A stretch of 64,000 nucleotides of DNA, from the NCBI RefSeq assembly GCF_009914755.1, contig NC_060931.1. The stretch is one strand, 5' to 3'. Below the pieces are notes generated by a model. The model saw only the letters and a list, made by a program, of their open reading frames with translations, searched no databases and was not told the DNA's origin. The stretch is from the human T2T-CHM13v2.0 reference genome, Homo sapiens. How positions within the stretch are numbered: position 1 is the stretch's first letter; every line of letters starts with the position of its first letter. The position numbers and the translations under genes are program-made. Positions 45,203 through 59,160 of the stretch are shown piece after piece.

Positions 45203-47673
45203 TTTATTTATTTATTTCAATTTTTTTACAAGAACACCAAACATCCTTTATTAGCACAAAAAAGTAGCTGTAACAAGGCACATCAAGCAGAAACATGCGT
45301 TACTAGTCAAAGGGTTAGTGGTGTATTCAAATACAGCTATGCTTTTTTTTTGTAGCCTTGGCAATAGCCATAGGGATGTAAAAACACATTTTGTAGCAGC
45401 TAGTGTAGAAACTATGGAGCACTCACCAGTAGTACAGAGCACAGTCACAAAAAGACATAAGAATGGATTTGGCTATTTTACTGCCAAATATCTAGAACTG
45501 TACATTCAGTTCTCTTACTTAGAAGTGAACACTAGAACTTGAAATAACTTCAAGAACAGCTCACTCCAGTAATGATACATATTATTCTAAATGATAAAAA
45601 GGAGCTAAGCAATTTATGGATATAATGTTTATGCAGTACCTTTTAAATCTAAATTTTAGATTTCAGATTTCCCACTAAGAATTAACTGCACTGAGATTCT
45701 AAAAATTATACTTAATTCAGCTATGAGAGTTTACAACAAAGAGATAAGTACTGCTATCCAAATTATTAATTATAGTTTAACAATAATCTCAACATCACCA
45801 ACCACTGAAGTTCTTATTTTCTGACTTGATCGGAAATCTTCTAGTTTCATTTTCTTCATGGTTCACAAACTAATTATGGGCATAGGAAAATATCCAGTTT
45901 TTATGAAACAACAATTAGACTGCATGTCAACTTAAAAAAAAAAATGACATGGAAGAATACATTGTAGCAGCTATTCCAAATACTTGTTTTAAATCAAAGC
46001 ACTCGTTAAAAAATCGGTACTTAGGGCCTTTAAATAAAATTCTACTACTAACATTGTAAGCCTGAAATTTTAAGACTGACTATTCAGAAAAGCTGGTTTA
46101 TTTACCAGTACCTTTTGCAGAGGAGAAAAGCAGTGTAACTATAAACTACTTCAACACTTAATTGAACAGCACTATGCCCTTGTGGCCAGAAACTTCCTTT
46201 TTTTTTTTTCTTAAAAGGAAGGCAGTCTTTTATTTTTTTGGACTCCCAAAGCTTGAATTATAGCAACTACAAACATCACTACTTCTGGAAGATTATAGAA
46301 AAACTCTCAGACAAAATAATTTCAAACAGTCACAATGCTGAAATACTCATCCAATATTAAGCATTTGTCCTTCAGAAAGTAATAGAATTCTTCATAACAA
46401 ATGCCCCAGCGTTACCTCACTGAATTACTACAGCCATTAAAAACTGTTAGCTAAATCACCAAAATGTTTTTGCAGTCTTACTGAATACCTGTAGTTCTAT
46501 CCTGTTGTTTCAATAGGCACCACGTTTATCTGAATAAGTAACAGCAGATCTGAATAAGTAACAGCATCTGACAGATACAAACACTAAGTTTACATACTGT
46601 ATGAAAAAACCCACCACTGATGTGTGTGTTGCTATAGGTGTGCTATCTCATCCACATGAAAGCAGACCTAGTTAATACCCTCTGAGGACAGGAGAGTTTA
46701 TGTTGGCTTGACTGGTCCTCATTTTAACTTCTGAATCCTAACTTTTTGTTTATAATGATACTTTTAAAAATTCCTGTAACATTGACGGTAAAGGGATCCA
46801 ATCAATCCATCGTATATAGTGCACCTGCAGATTACCACATGGCAGATATATCGCAGGCTAAAAGGAGAAGTCCCATCTAGAGATATAGCAAGCAACAGTC
46901 CAAAAAACATGCAAGACCTAGGATCTTTATAAAGTTCTAAAAGTTCTGTTACAGTATAGAAGTGAAATCCACACGAGTCATGGACATCAAAACTAAAGTT
47001 GTGAATCCGCTGCTCAATTTGCGTATGCAGGGATCTGCTGTCATGGCAAAAGCTCAGAGAAGAGGCTGTCCTTGTGCTCAGAGTCCATGAGCAAAATTTG
47101 CCTTTAGGTTTCCCTTGGGAAAGGTCCATCACTCCACAGTAACAGGGATTCCCTGTAATCTAGAGCAAATAGGACAGGAGGCAGTGTATGTAATCAATCT
47201 GTGGACTGTCCATGCTCCCTATCTGGTCACGTGGGCATGGCTGTCTCCAGATACCTGACGCTGCTTCTCCCTCAATGACTACAAACACAGGGTGGTCCTC
47301 TCCTCTTCCAAGTCACAATTAGCTTGCAGGACTGCAGAGCTGTTTCCTCTTATTTCAGTCATTCCAGGAATTAACTTTGGTCTCAGCTTATCTAATGGGT
47401 TAACCTGTGGAGTAGCTTCAAATGTATGTATTTGTACATTAGGAGGGGAATCAACTTCTTTAATACTAAGCCATCTTCTCCATCTTGTCTTCTGTAGAAA
47501 CTAAATATGGATTAAATGTATCAAAAATGTTGAATGTGGACTCACAGGAGCTGTATGCTGTTGAATCAAATGCCATTTTTGGGCTAAATGTGAACCAGTA
47601 GGAAAAGGACATTTCTCAAGCATTAATTCAGAAAGGCAGATTTTTCTTTATTAGAGAAAGGAGGTTTGACTGC
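45203..47673 (-). pseudogene. SOCS5P: SOCS5 processed pseudogene, 5'-truncated (C-terminal part of CDS, 3'UTR, poly-A remnant)
   Basis: Minus-strand frames give [40 protein letters not shown]2 RSLH.QIEQ.IHNFSFD.HD, YKDP.SCMFF and SOCS-box PFSL.YIC..VICRCT.YDG, all SOCS5-like. Stop at 46698-46700, AATAAA at 45247-45252, degraded poly-A at 45203-45227; frameshifts and deletions throughout. Confidence 0.92.
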
Positions 47674-47846
47674 AATATTTTAAATAATTTTGTACATGAA
47701 AGAAATTTTGTGTACATCAAACCATCAGAAAGCAAAGGTGTCAGATGTGGAATGTTCTACTTGTGGTGTCATGTCAGTTCTCAAAGAGTTTCTATTTAGG
47801 AGAATTTCAGATTTTGGATTTTTAGAATAGCAATGTTCAATCTGTA
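47674..47846 (+). mobile_element. Tigger4b/MER46-like DNA transposon, right half only
   Basis: CCATCAGAAAGCAAAGGTGTC...CTTGTGGTGTCATGTC...TTTCAGATTTTGGATTTT...GTTCAATCTGTA terminus. Confidence 0.7.
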
Positions 47847-48390
47847 TATCATGGTGGTTTTAACCCATATTTACTATATGATTAGAGAAATTTGTCAGAT
47901 TTTCTATTCTGTTGTGTTTCTAGGTAGAGTCCGAATATCCTGTGTATGAGTATTATGTCAAATATATTATTGAAAACATATTTCTCCACTTTGCCTATTG
48001 ACTTATATGCTCTTAGTAGTTCAGTTTATAAACAAAAATAATTATTTTTTTCTGTTATTCTCTACTGATTAATATTTTTTGCATGAGGTACCTAAATCTC
48101 GGTCAACCCTAGTGTCACAAAGTTGTTAAGTTTTCCTGTGAAAGTTGTATTTGTTTATAGATACATAGATAAAAACAAAGTTGTATATTTTTATCTTCTA
48201 TATCTGTGACTTTAAATATATTGTGACACCATTCTGAGTTCATGGTGTCATCTTATTGTGACTTGGCACACAGTTTAGAAATTTACAGAGTTATTGGCAT
48301 ATTTCTTCTTCTCTCACTTTAAAAACTGTTTTGAAAGAATTTGTCCAAGTCTTTCTAATTTTCAAATTTATTAGCAAATATAGAAGTCGA

Positions 48391-48661
48391 GGCTGGGCGC
48401 GGTGACTCACACCTGTAATCCCAGCTCTTTGGGAGGTCAAGGTGGGCAGACCATGAGGTCAGGAGATGGAGACCATCCTGGCCAACATGGTGAAACCCAG
48501 TCTATACTAAAAATACAAAAATTAGCTAGGCTTAGTGGCGAGTGCCTGTAATCCCAGCTACTCAGGAGGCTGAGGTGGGAGAATCTCTTGAACCTGGGAG
48601 GCAGTAAGCTGAGATCATACCACACTGCACTCCAGCCTGGCAACAGAGCTAGATTCTGTCT

Positions 48662-48691
<30 letters not shown>
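48391..48691 (+). mobile_element. AluSc-like with a small right-arm deletion
   Basis: Dimer with long poly-A; TSD AGAAGT(C/T)GA. Confidence 0.9.
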
Positions 48692-48694
<3 letters not shown>

Positions 48695-49379
48695 AGTTGA
48701 AAACCACTTCATATTATCTCCTCTTTAAATCTATCATGATGTTCCCCATTCAATCCTAATAATTATAGCCTGTGTTATTTTTTTCTCTCCCTGTTATTTC
48801 TTTTTGTACAGATTATCAAAACTCTTATCAAATATAACTTTTAAAAAAACAAACTTTTGACATCGTTGAATTTTTCCATTATACATTGGTTTTGATTTAA
48901 TTAATTTAAAATGTGGAGCATTTGCAAGTGAAAACAAAAAATATTTAAACATATTTGCCCTAAAATAAATGTGCTTATTCATTTTTGTGTTTCTTCCAGT
49001 TTTTCATTTACAAATGTAATTTTCTTTTACTAATTTTTTTCTGAAGCAATCTTATCTCATTTTTTGAGATTCTCATTTGGAAATAGCAAACTACAGGATT
49101 TACCTGCTTTGTGAGCACGCATCTAAGTTATACTTTTATTGTGTACAGGAAGGTTATTCTATTATTTATTTCTTCTTTCCTAAAATAATTTTAGATGAGT
49201 TTGACCTAAACATTTTCTGTTTCTCAATTTTATATTAAATTAGTTTTCCTAAAACACTAAGAATGAGACAGAGTTCGGAATAATTTTTCAAACTTAAAAA
49301 AAGTTATTGGAATAAAGGTGTTCCTAAAATTTTTAAATATTTTATACTTTTAGGTTTGAAATGGTAGCCCCTCATTTAT

Positions 49380-49808
49380 ACTCACAATTTTAAATTGTCA
49401 CCCTTTCCCTGTCTTTCTCTTTCTCTATTTTTTAATCACTCCTGTTACAGGTTTGTCAATTGTGTTAATAGTTTAAAAGAACAAACATTTTTATGTATTA
49501 ATATACTGTTTGTCCATTTCCTGTGTCATTGATTGCTTTTCTTATCTTTATCAGTTCTCTTCTTCTACATACTTTGCATTCAATTTACTTGTTCTTTTCT
49601 AGCTTTGTAAATGGAACATTCAGATAATTGGTTTTAGGCCATTCTTCCTTTCTATTATAAGAATAAAAAATCTATACACTTTTATCTAAGCATTTTAGTT
49701 CCCTCCCACAAACACTGATGTTTAATATGTTCATTCTGATTTATTCAAAATATTTTCAAATTTTACCTATGATGTCTTCTTTGATCCAAGGGTTATTTAA
49801 AAGTGAGG
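49380..49808 (-). mobile_element. Ancient L1M ORF2 fragment (continues at ~53980-54470)
   Basis: TTCTTTGATCCAAGGGTTATTTAAAAGTG on the left, resuming as TTGTGGTCAGAGAACATAC on the right. Confidence 0.6.
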
Positions 49809-49845
49809 TTTTTGTTGTTGTTGTTGTTGTTTTTTTTTTGTTTTG

Positions 49846-51917
49846 CCAGTAACAGAGGCTCTACATTTCTCTGAGGTGGAGCTCCCAGAGGCAACCAAAG
49901 ACTCCATTGTCACTACCACTGCATTGATACTGCCCTTGCTGGCCTCAGACTGGGTAAGGAGCAAAGACCCGGAGTGCTTTAACAACACCTCAAGCAAGTC
50001 ACAGCTGCCCTAAGGAGAAGAGATCACTCTGCTCCCCAATAAGCTCCCCATGCCCCTGGTCATCTCCAGGCAGGGCCCCTCAGCTTGGGCCCACATCACA
50101 GCTATCCCACTCTAGGTTGATACACCAAGAAGTTCTGCATTCTTCTGGGGTAGAGCCCCAGGATACTATTGGAAGGCCCTCTGCCGCAGCAACTGCCAGA
50201 GTCCCTTCCCCTGCTGCCTCTAACCTGAGGAAGAAACAAAGCCTGAGTTCACCCAAGGACTGTGGTGTGCAGCCTGGGAGTGCCAAGTTGAGATCTGCAG
50301 TCAGCACTTCAGCAGGGGAGGAGCCCACACTTTCAGAGCACTGAGAGGGAGCATGCCTGCAAACATGAGGAAATAGAGAGGAGCCACATGGCTGAGCAAG
50401 AGCCTATCTACTAGCCATTATGCTTATGAGCCATCTATTGGATCACAACCCAAACTTCAACACCAAAAATACTTTGCTAATATACCACCCTGTGAAATCA
50501 TTGTCCAAAACTCAGATACAAATAGAGACCCTGTACAAAGTATTAGCCCCCTGGAAACAACCAGAAAAGAAGTCAACTGATGGTACTCAAATTATATCAC
50601 ATTAAAGGAGCATCAACCCACACAGATGAGAAGGAATCAGCTCAAGAACTCTGGCAACTCAAATGGTCAGCATGTCCCCTGTTGTCCAAACAGCCACATT
50701 AGCTCCCCAGCAAGAGTTGTTAACTGGGTTGAAATGGCTGAAATGAGAGAAATAGAATTCAGAATATAAGTAAGAATGAAGATCATTGAGATTCAGGAAA
50801 AAGTTGAAACTCAATTCAAGGAATCTTCAGAAAATAATGATACATAAGCTGATAGATGAAACAGCCATTATAAGAAAGAACCAAACTGATCTGATAGAAC
50901 TGGAAAACACACAACTATTTCATAAGGCAGTTGCAAGTGTTAAGAGCAAAATAAACTAAGCTAAGGAAAGAATTTCAGAGCTCGAAGACTGGTTCAAGGA
51001 AGTAACTCTGTCAGACAAAAATAAAGGAAATAACCAAAATGAACAAAGAAACCCTTCAGGAAATATTGGATTATGTAAAGAGAGCAAATCTATTATCTAT
51101 TTGTGTCCCTAAAGAAGATGGAGAGAAAGCAACCAACTTGGATAACATATTTCAGGATATCATCTGTGAAAATTTCCCAACCTCATTGGAGTGGTCAACA
51201 TTCAAATTCATGAAATGTACAGAATGCCTACAAGATACTACACAAAAGGCCATCTCTAAGACACATAGTCATCAGATTATCCAAGGTTAAAAATGAAAGA
51301 AAAAAATGTTAAAGGCAGCTAGAGGGAAAGTGTAGGTCACCTACAAAGGAACCCCATCAAGCTGACAGTGGACCTTTCAACAGAAACCAGAAGAGGTTCA
51401 GCATTCTCAAAGAAAAGAAACTCCAACCAAGAATTTATATCCAGCCAAACTAAGCTTCATAAGCAAAGGAGAAATAGATCGTTTTCAGATAAACAAATGC
51501 TAAAGGAATTCACTACGACCAGACCTGCCTTACAAGAGGTCCTGAAGGAAACACTAAAAAGGAAAGACGGTTACCAGCCACTAGAAAAAACACACTGAAT
51601 AATACAGACCAGTGACCCTATAAAACAACCACATAAACAGGTCTTCATAATAACCAGCTAACAACAGGATGAAAGGATCAAATCCACGCACATCAATATT
51701 AACCCTGAATGTAAACAGGCGGAATGTCCCAATCAGAAGGCACAGAGTGACAAGCTGGATAAGAAGGCAAGACCTAATGGTACGCTGTCTTCAAAAGACT
51801 GATCTCACAAGCAATGACACTTATAAGCTCAAAGTAAAGGGATGGAGATAAATCTAAAAAGCACATGAAAAACAGAAAAAAGCAGGGATTACCATCTGCA
51901 TTTTCCAACAAAATAGA
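49846..51917 (+). mobile_element. Older L1PA (about L1PA13-16) 5'UTR, ORF1 and start of ORF2; preceded by poly-T and 3'-truncated
   Basis: ORF1-like ATGAGAAGGAATCAG at 50626 and LQEILDYVKR.NL; ORF2 start MKGSNPRTSILTLNVN at 51669. Confidence 0.8.
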
Positions 51918-53975
51918 GAACAGCATGGGAAAGACCCAGCCCCATGACAATACCTTCCACCAGTTTCCTCCCACAACATATGGGAACTGTGGGAGTTACA
52001 TTGCAAGATGAGATTTGGGTTGGGACACAGCCAAACCATATCATTCTGACTCTGGACCCTCCCAAATCTCATGACCTCACATTTCAAAACCAATCAGGCT
52101 TTCCAACAGTCCCTCAAAATCCTAACTCATTTCAGCATTAACTCAAAAGTCCACAGTCCAAAGTTTCATCAGAGACAAGGCAAGTCCCTTCCACCTATGA
52201 GCCTGTAAAATAAAAAGCAAGTTAGTTACATCCCAGATACAATGGGGATACAGGCATTGGGTAAATACTGCCAATTCAAATGGGAGAAATTGGCCAAAAC
52301 AAAGGGGCTATATAACCCATGCAAGTAAAAATTCAAGCAGGGCTGTCAAATCTTAAAGCTCCAAAATGATCTCTTTGACTCCATGTCTCACAGCCAGGTC
52401 AAGCTCATGCAAGAGGTGGGTTCCCATTGTCTTGGGAAGCTCTGCCCCTGTGGCTCTGCATGGTACAGTCTCCCTCCCAGCTGCTTTCAAGGACTCATGT
52501 TGACTGCCTGTGGCTTTTGCAGGTGCATGGTGCAAACCGTCACTGAATCTAATATTGTGGAGTCTGGAGGAGCATGGCCCTCTTTTCACAGCTTCACTAG
52601 GCAGTACCCCAGTGGGGACTATGTGTGGGGGCTTCAATCCTACATTTCCCTTTTTCACTGCCCTAGAAGAGGTTCTCCATGAGGGCCCTGCCCCTGCAGC
52701 AAACTTCTGCCTGAACATCCAGGTGTTTCCATATATCCTCTGAAATATAGGCAGAGGTTCCCAAACTTCAATTCTTGACTTCTGTGCACCCACAGGCTCA
52801 ACACAACATGGAAGCTTCCAAGGCTTGGGGCTTGTAACCTCTGAAGCCATGGCCTGAGCTGCACCTTGGCACCTTTTAGCCATGGCTACAGTCACTGGGA
52901 CACAGGGCACCAAGTCCCTAGGCTGCACACAGTAGGGGTCCCTGGGCCTGGCGCACAAAACCATTTTTTCCTACTAAGCCTCTGGGCATGTGATGGGAGG
53001 AGCTTCTGTAAAGGTCTATGACAAGCACTATAGAAAGTTTCCCCATTGTCTTGGTGATTAATATTTGGTTCCTCATTACTTATGCAAATTTCTACAGCCA
53101 ACTTGAATTTCTCCTCAGAAAATGAGTTTTTCTTTTCCAGTGCATCATCAGGCTACAAATTTTCTGAACTTTTATGCTCTGTTTTCCTTTTAAAACCAAA
53201 TGCTTTTAACATTTGGTCACCTCTTGAATGCTTTGCTTCTTAGAAATTTCTTCTACCTTATACCTTAAATCACTTCCCTCAAGTTCAAAATTCCACAAAT
53301 CTCTAGGGCAGATGCAAAATGCCACCAGTCTCTTTGCTAAAACATAGCAAGAGACACATTTACTCCATTTCCCAACAAGTTCCTCATCTCCATGTGAGAC
53401 CACCTCAGCCTGAATTTTATTCTCCATATTATTATCAGCATTTTGGTCAAATCCACTCAACAAGTCTCTAGGAAGTTCCAAACTTTCCCGCATTTTCCTG
53501 TTTTCTTCTGAGCCCTCCAAACTGTTCCAACCTCTGCTTGTTAACTAGTTCCAAAGTTAATTCCACATTTTTTAGTATCTTTACAGCAGTAACCCACTTT
53601 ATTGGTGCAATTTACAGCATTAGCCTGTTTTCATGCTGCATAGACATACACAATACTGGGTAATTTTTTTAAAAAAAGAGGTTTAATTGACTCACAGTTC
53701 CACATGCCTGGGGAAGGTTCACAATCATGGCAGAAAGCAAAAGGCACATATTACATGGCAGCAGGCAAGAGAAAATGAAAAACCAAGCAAATGGGGAAAC
53801 CCCCTATAAAAACCACCAGATCTCATGAGACTGATTCACTACTATGAGAACAGTATAGGGGAAATCACTCCCCTGATTCAATTATCTTCCACCGAGTCCC
53901 TCCCACAACATGTGGAAATTATGGGAGCCATAATTCAACATAAGATTTGGGTGGGGACACAGCAAAACTGTATCA
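51916..53975 (-). mobile_element. THE1 (MaLR) element: partial 3' LTR 51916-52043, internal region, full 5' LTR 53616-53975
   Basis: Both LTRs end in ..ACACAGC.AAAC..TATCA on the plus strand; typical THE1-int sequence between them. Confidence 0.9.
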
Positions 53976-55010
53976 GGTATCTAATTAATTTCTAATTTGC
54001 TTCTGTTGTGGTCAGAGAACATACTATGTAAGAGTTCTCTTTGAGCTTGAATGACACTTGTTTTATGGCACAGTTCAAGACATATCAGTAAATGTCCCAT
54101 GTTTAATTCAGAAGAATTTGTATTCTCTGGGTGTTGGAAATAGTCTTCTATAAATGTTATCAGATATAATGATCAATAGTGACAATCAGGTGTTCCATAT
54201 TCTTTAATAAGGTTTTGTCTAGTTGGTCTGACAGTGCTTTAAAGATTCCAACTATACTTATGAATTTTTCCCTTTAGCTTGCTAGATCATATTTCACTTA
54301 TTTTGTGGTTCTATTATTATTTATATATCTAGGGAATGCACATATACAAATATTATGTTTTCCTGATATATTGACCCTGTAATTACTATGAAATGTCATT
54401 TGCCTCTGGTAATATTCCTTGTCTAAACTTCCATTTGTTTTTATATTAGGTAGTCACTTTAGTCCTTCCATCTTTATTTACTACTATTCATGTGTACCTG
54501 TACAGAACATGTATACAGTATCATATAGAATAGTTTCACCACCCTAAAAATCCTGTGCTTTACACATTTCTCCCAAACTACCTCCTCCCAATTTTCTAGC
54601 AATCACTGATTCTTTACAGTCTCCATAGATTTGCAAATCTGAAAACAAATATTATTTATGTCCTTTTTTACTCCTGTTCTTTTAAGTTTCCAGGGTTATT
54701 ATTTCTGTTGTATCAGTGGGTGCAGTTAGTAATTAAAACTTCATTATTTTTTCCCTTTTTAATCATCTCCTATTTTCCTTTAGACCTTTTGTCTGGAAGA
54801 ATTGTATGCAAGAGAGACTAAAGTATTTTAACCAAAAAATATTTTTATATAGCTTAACCAGGAAGATATACTATGTTTAAAAATTATTCAGCACAAAATT
54901 GGAAAATTTTAAAATATTTTAAAATGAGCTTACATAATCTCTACCCCTTGCTCTTTAATAGTCATTTTCTTCTCCCCTCTCTTTGAGTGTTCAGAAAAAT
55001 AGTCAAAGAG

Positions 55011-56724
55011 TGTCACAGGATCCTTAGGGTGTCACTTTTCCAGCTGGAAGCCTCTTTGGCTGGTGGCTCCCTTGCCTGTGTTTTGCTTGGGCCCACTGGA
55101 CTTGCTCCACCCACTCAACCTGGAAGGCTGTGCTTGGCTCATGCTACTGGCCTAAATCTTACACCTGCCAAGGGTGATCCCAGTGTGTAACAGTGAGATG
55201 TGCATGAGTGAGCAAGCGTGGGATCTGCCCACTGCACACAGCCGGGCACACTAGCTGCTGCAGCGTGGTAGGCAGCTCCAGGTGCCAGCACAGGTGCCGG
55301 CTCTGTGGGAGGCTGTATCTGGACAAGGCATACCTAAGCAGCTTCAACTGTAGGCTCTGGAAAACACTGTGTTGCCCAGAAGCTTGGAGATGCCAGGAAC
55401 TGCAGAGCCCCAAAGAGGGTGTCACAGCCTTGGATCAGGGAGGCCTTAGGTCTGGGCATCCGGAAGGGCCACAGCTCTTCTGTCCTTCTCATCACTTGTA
55501 ACATGGTGAGCATGGGGGGCAGGAGGTCAGGGGACGTGTTTCAGTCCCATTTGTGTTACAGTTCTTTCAGTTCCACCATTCAGTGGGTCCCAAGATCTTG
55601 TCCTACATCTAGGAAGAAAGAGGTACGTGGAAAACTGAAGGGTGAGCAAGCCAAAGAAGTGCTTTATTGAGCAACAGTACAGCCCTGAGGAGATCCAACT
55701 TGGGTAGCTCCTTTCCACAGGCAGGACTTGTCCCATCGAGCCTGCAGCCCTCAACAAAGAAGATACCTAGAGTGGGTAGCTCCTATTTGCAGGCAGGTTG
55801 TCCTGATGTCTGCAACCCTCAGTGGAGGGGAGACCTGGAATAGGAGGCTCCTCTCTACAGGCAGGTTGTCCTGATGTCTGTGGCCCTCAGCAGAGAGGAG
55901 ACCTGGAGTGGGTAGCTCCTATCTCCAGGGAGGTCATGCTGACATCTCTGTGAGTCTGGCTGAGTCTGGGGTTTTTACTGGCTTCAGAAGGGACAAAGTG
56001 CATGTTGATTGGTCCATAGGTAGCCATGGGCAGGCCCAGGAAAAGCACCATGAGTTCTCACTCTGGACCGCAGACTCCACTCAGAATTAACAGCCCTGCC
56101 CTCATGCCTTAGGCAGTCCCTGGCTTGAAGGTGGAGCTTCACTGTGGACCGGCCCCTTCCCACCCAGGAGCCTGTCTGCCTCCTGCCACCATCTGCATGT
56201 CAACTACAGTGCCCAGGCTGTCCATTCCAAGAGGCATCTGCAGGCCCCTGCCAAGCTGCCCTCAGCCCTTCCCTCAGCCTCACTCCCATGCTTGTTGGCA
56301 CTTAAAGTCCAGAGGGGGCTGAGGCAGCAGGGAGCTAATGTATCAGCACTGCCCTAAGCATGCACACACCTGGCTGGGCCATGACAGCAACCCGGCCTGG
56401 CCACAACTTTGCTCCAAAATTGGAGTGAGCACCATGAGTGAGGAGATGCCCGGCAGTGGGAGCAGACATTTCTGAGCCTGCAGGGGAATGGGGGCTTCCA
56501 AGGGCCTGAAAGTGGAGGGATACCTGGGTCCACAGCCACGTCTGGGCAGCTGATGCTGTGCCTAAGAGTGGGAGGCTCCCACTCTGCCAACTCGAAAGGG
56601 AGCTGGGTTCCAACCTGTTCCCAGCTCCAACTGGCTCCAAGGAATGTGTAGCCTTGTGCACACCTGCCCTGCTGCAGTTGGCATCTTCATAGTGGCCACT
56701 CCAGATGGGCTGCCACAGTCATTA
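55011..56724 (-). mobile_element. MER52 solo LTR
   Basis: Colinear with 37694-39332; flanks AGAG / AGAA resemble a 4-bp TSD. Confidence 0.85.
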
Positions 56725-56899
56725 AGAAGACAGAAGATGATTAGGAGTTCCCCTGTGGAAACTGAACATCAAAAACTGCCAAATAAGAATGTACAATTGA
56801 AAGAAGAGAGCAGACATTTCGATCAACTTTGCAAATGAGAAGTTCCTTTTCAGGGAATCACTGCTTTGAGGCTCCAAACAGCTCACCTGAAATGAACAT

Positions 56900-57890
56900 C
56901 CAGGCTAGGATCACCTTGTCACTACAAATCAGCAGTTTAAGTATGTTCTTTAATTGTCCATTAGAATGCTCAACCACCGTGTAACCTGTGCTGATGTGGA
57001 ATACAGAGAATCCAGCTTATATCTCATGATTTGTCCTACTAATGTATAGCTTAGGTCACAAACTTGGGGCCTTATCAGATGCAATGTGCTCAGAAATCCT
57101 AAACAGAAAACAAATGTGATCTTATATCTGAGCATTGTGGCAGAACCTACAGGGATGGCTAGGCTAAACCCAGAGAAACTGTTCCCTGCAGTCAGAACCC
57201 AGAGAACCCCTCTGGATAGACTAAGAGGCCCTAAGAACCTTTTGGCTCATAGACTCAGATCTGTCCTTGACAAGGTTCTGGCAAGAAGGGTAGCTTTTGC
57301 ATGGTATCTCAAAATCTTCTAACAACAGTAGCAGTCTATACCAGCAGGCCCAACCTAGGATGGTGTCTGTGTTTCAATGGGCCACCATATGGTTAATCCA
57401 GGAGTCAATCAATCACAAATCTACTTGTTTTAGGGCAGAAGCAGACAGTTCATTGAATCTCCATACTTATTTGACAAGAGCAAACTGCTCATTGGTTATA
57501 TTTCCCCTAGTCAGCATTGAGGATTTTTTAAATAATAAATCCACATAGGTAACAAAGAGCTTTTTAGAAGGAGAATAGATTTGTATCAAAAAATTTTCTC
57601 CCCACATGGCAGTTTGTTTTCTATGTCAGTTTTAGGCTTGCCAGTGGCCTGATCTAATGCCCAATTAGCTATAGCCCATGAGTCAGGTGGGTTCATGGCT
57701 TTCCATATGTTCCACCAAGACATGACTAACTACAGCAATTCCCACTAGGGCTTGGACAGAAAAGCTATCAGGAGTGCAAATAAACTATAGATCAAAACTA
57801 ATAATGTATTCAGCAGTGGGGAACAAAATATCTTGCTGACGTTGGAGTATAGGTATCTTAAATGGAAACTGATATTAATCATAGAAGAAA
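56900..57890 (-). mobile_element. Possible ancient ERVL pol fragment
   Basis: Minus strand near 57690 reads GACTCATGGGCTATAGCTAAT (DSWAIAN), resembling the ERVL RNase H motif TDSWAVANG. Boundaries uncertain. Confidence 0.4.
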
Positions 57891-57897
57891 ACAATGA

Positions 57898-58214
<317 letters not shown>

Positions 58215-58259
58215 GAGAAACTAGTTTCTATTAAAATCTAAAATATCCTTTCCTCACCA

Positions 58260-59160
58260 TTAGGAAAGTGTCAAGGCAAACTACAGTGTTCCCAATGCAA
58301 ATATCAGACCAAGGTCTAACATCCATATCTTAAAAATTTCATAAATTGCTACGATAAAGACATGCCACCTACCCAACTATGAAAAAGACACACAAAATCC
58401 TGAAACAGAGGCCTTAAAATAATACATATTTAAGTGGCAAATATACATATGAAAAGACGTTCAACATAATTATTCACCATGGAATTAAAAATTGAATCTA
58501 GAATGAAGTACTACTACAGAATGAGGTATTTAATAAAATGGTTAAAAGGAAAAAGATAAAATATCAGAGGAGATAAAATAACTGAAACTCTTCTACATTG
58601 CTTTTGGGAGTGTAAATTAACATAATCACTTAAAATGTATGCCATTATATAGATGACTATGTGCATGCCCTATGACTCTGAAATTCAACTCCCAAGTTTA
58701 TACTCAACATAATATAAATACATATTAACAGCAAAATTATAATCAATAGCCCTAAACTGAAAACAAAGGAAATGCTATCAAAAACTATAATTCTATACAG
58801 TAACTGAATGAATGAATGATGAGTACATTTAACAATACAAATGAATATCATAAATAAAATGTCAATAAACAGAAATAAGACATAGGTCAACATACAATCT
58901 ATGATTTGATTTGTATAATACAAACACAGGCAATATTAATCTATATTGTTCACAAACAGATTAAGTAAAGACTTTTCTTTCGAGAAGTGGAATGGGATGT
59001 TCATGACTGTAAAAAAAAAGATAAAATGAACTCATAGTTGCAGAAAATGAGCTATTTCTTGATCTGAAAGTTAGTTATATAATTTCCATTTGTAAAAAAG
59101 TCATGAAGATGCCACTAATATTCTTTTCTGTATACACAATTATATTTCAGTAATAAAAAA
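58260..59160 (+). mobile_element. Ancient L1M 3' region
   Basis: CATATGAAAAGACGTTCAACAT, GGGAGTGTAAATT and TAGCCCTAAACTGAAAAC motifs. Confidence 0.6.

Noticed and set aside
46764-47132. Functional SH2/SOCS-box mini-protein
   Set aside because: Frameshifted through the FLLRDS phosphotyrosine-binding motif and the SOCS-box end.
52353-52964. 203-aa ORF
   Set aside because: Lies in THE1 internal sequence; a degraded MaLR ORF remnant.
49809-53975. Retroposed THE1-L1 antisense chimeric transcript
   Set aside because: No AATAAA before the tail, no TSD, and the 5' LTR is complete rather than starting at R.
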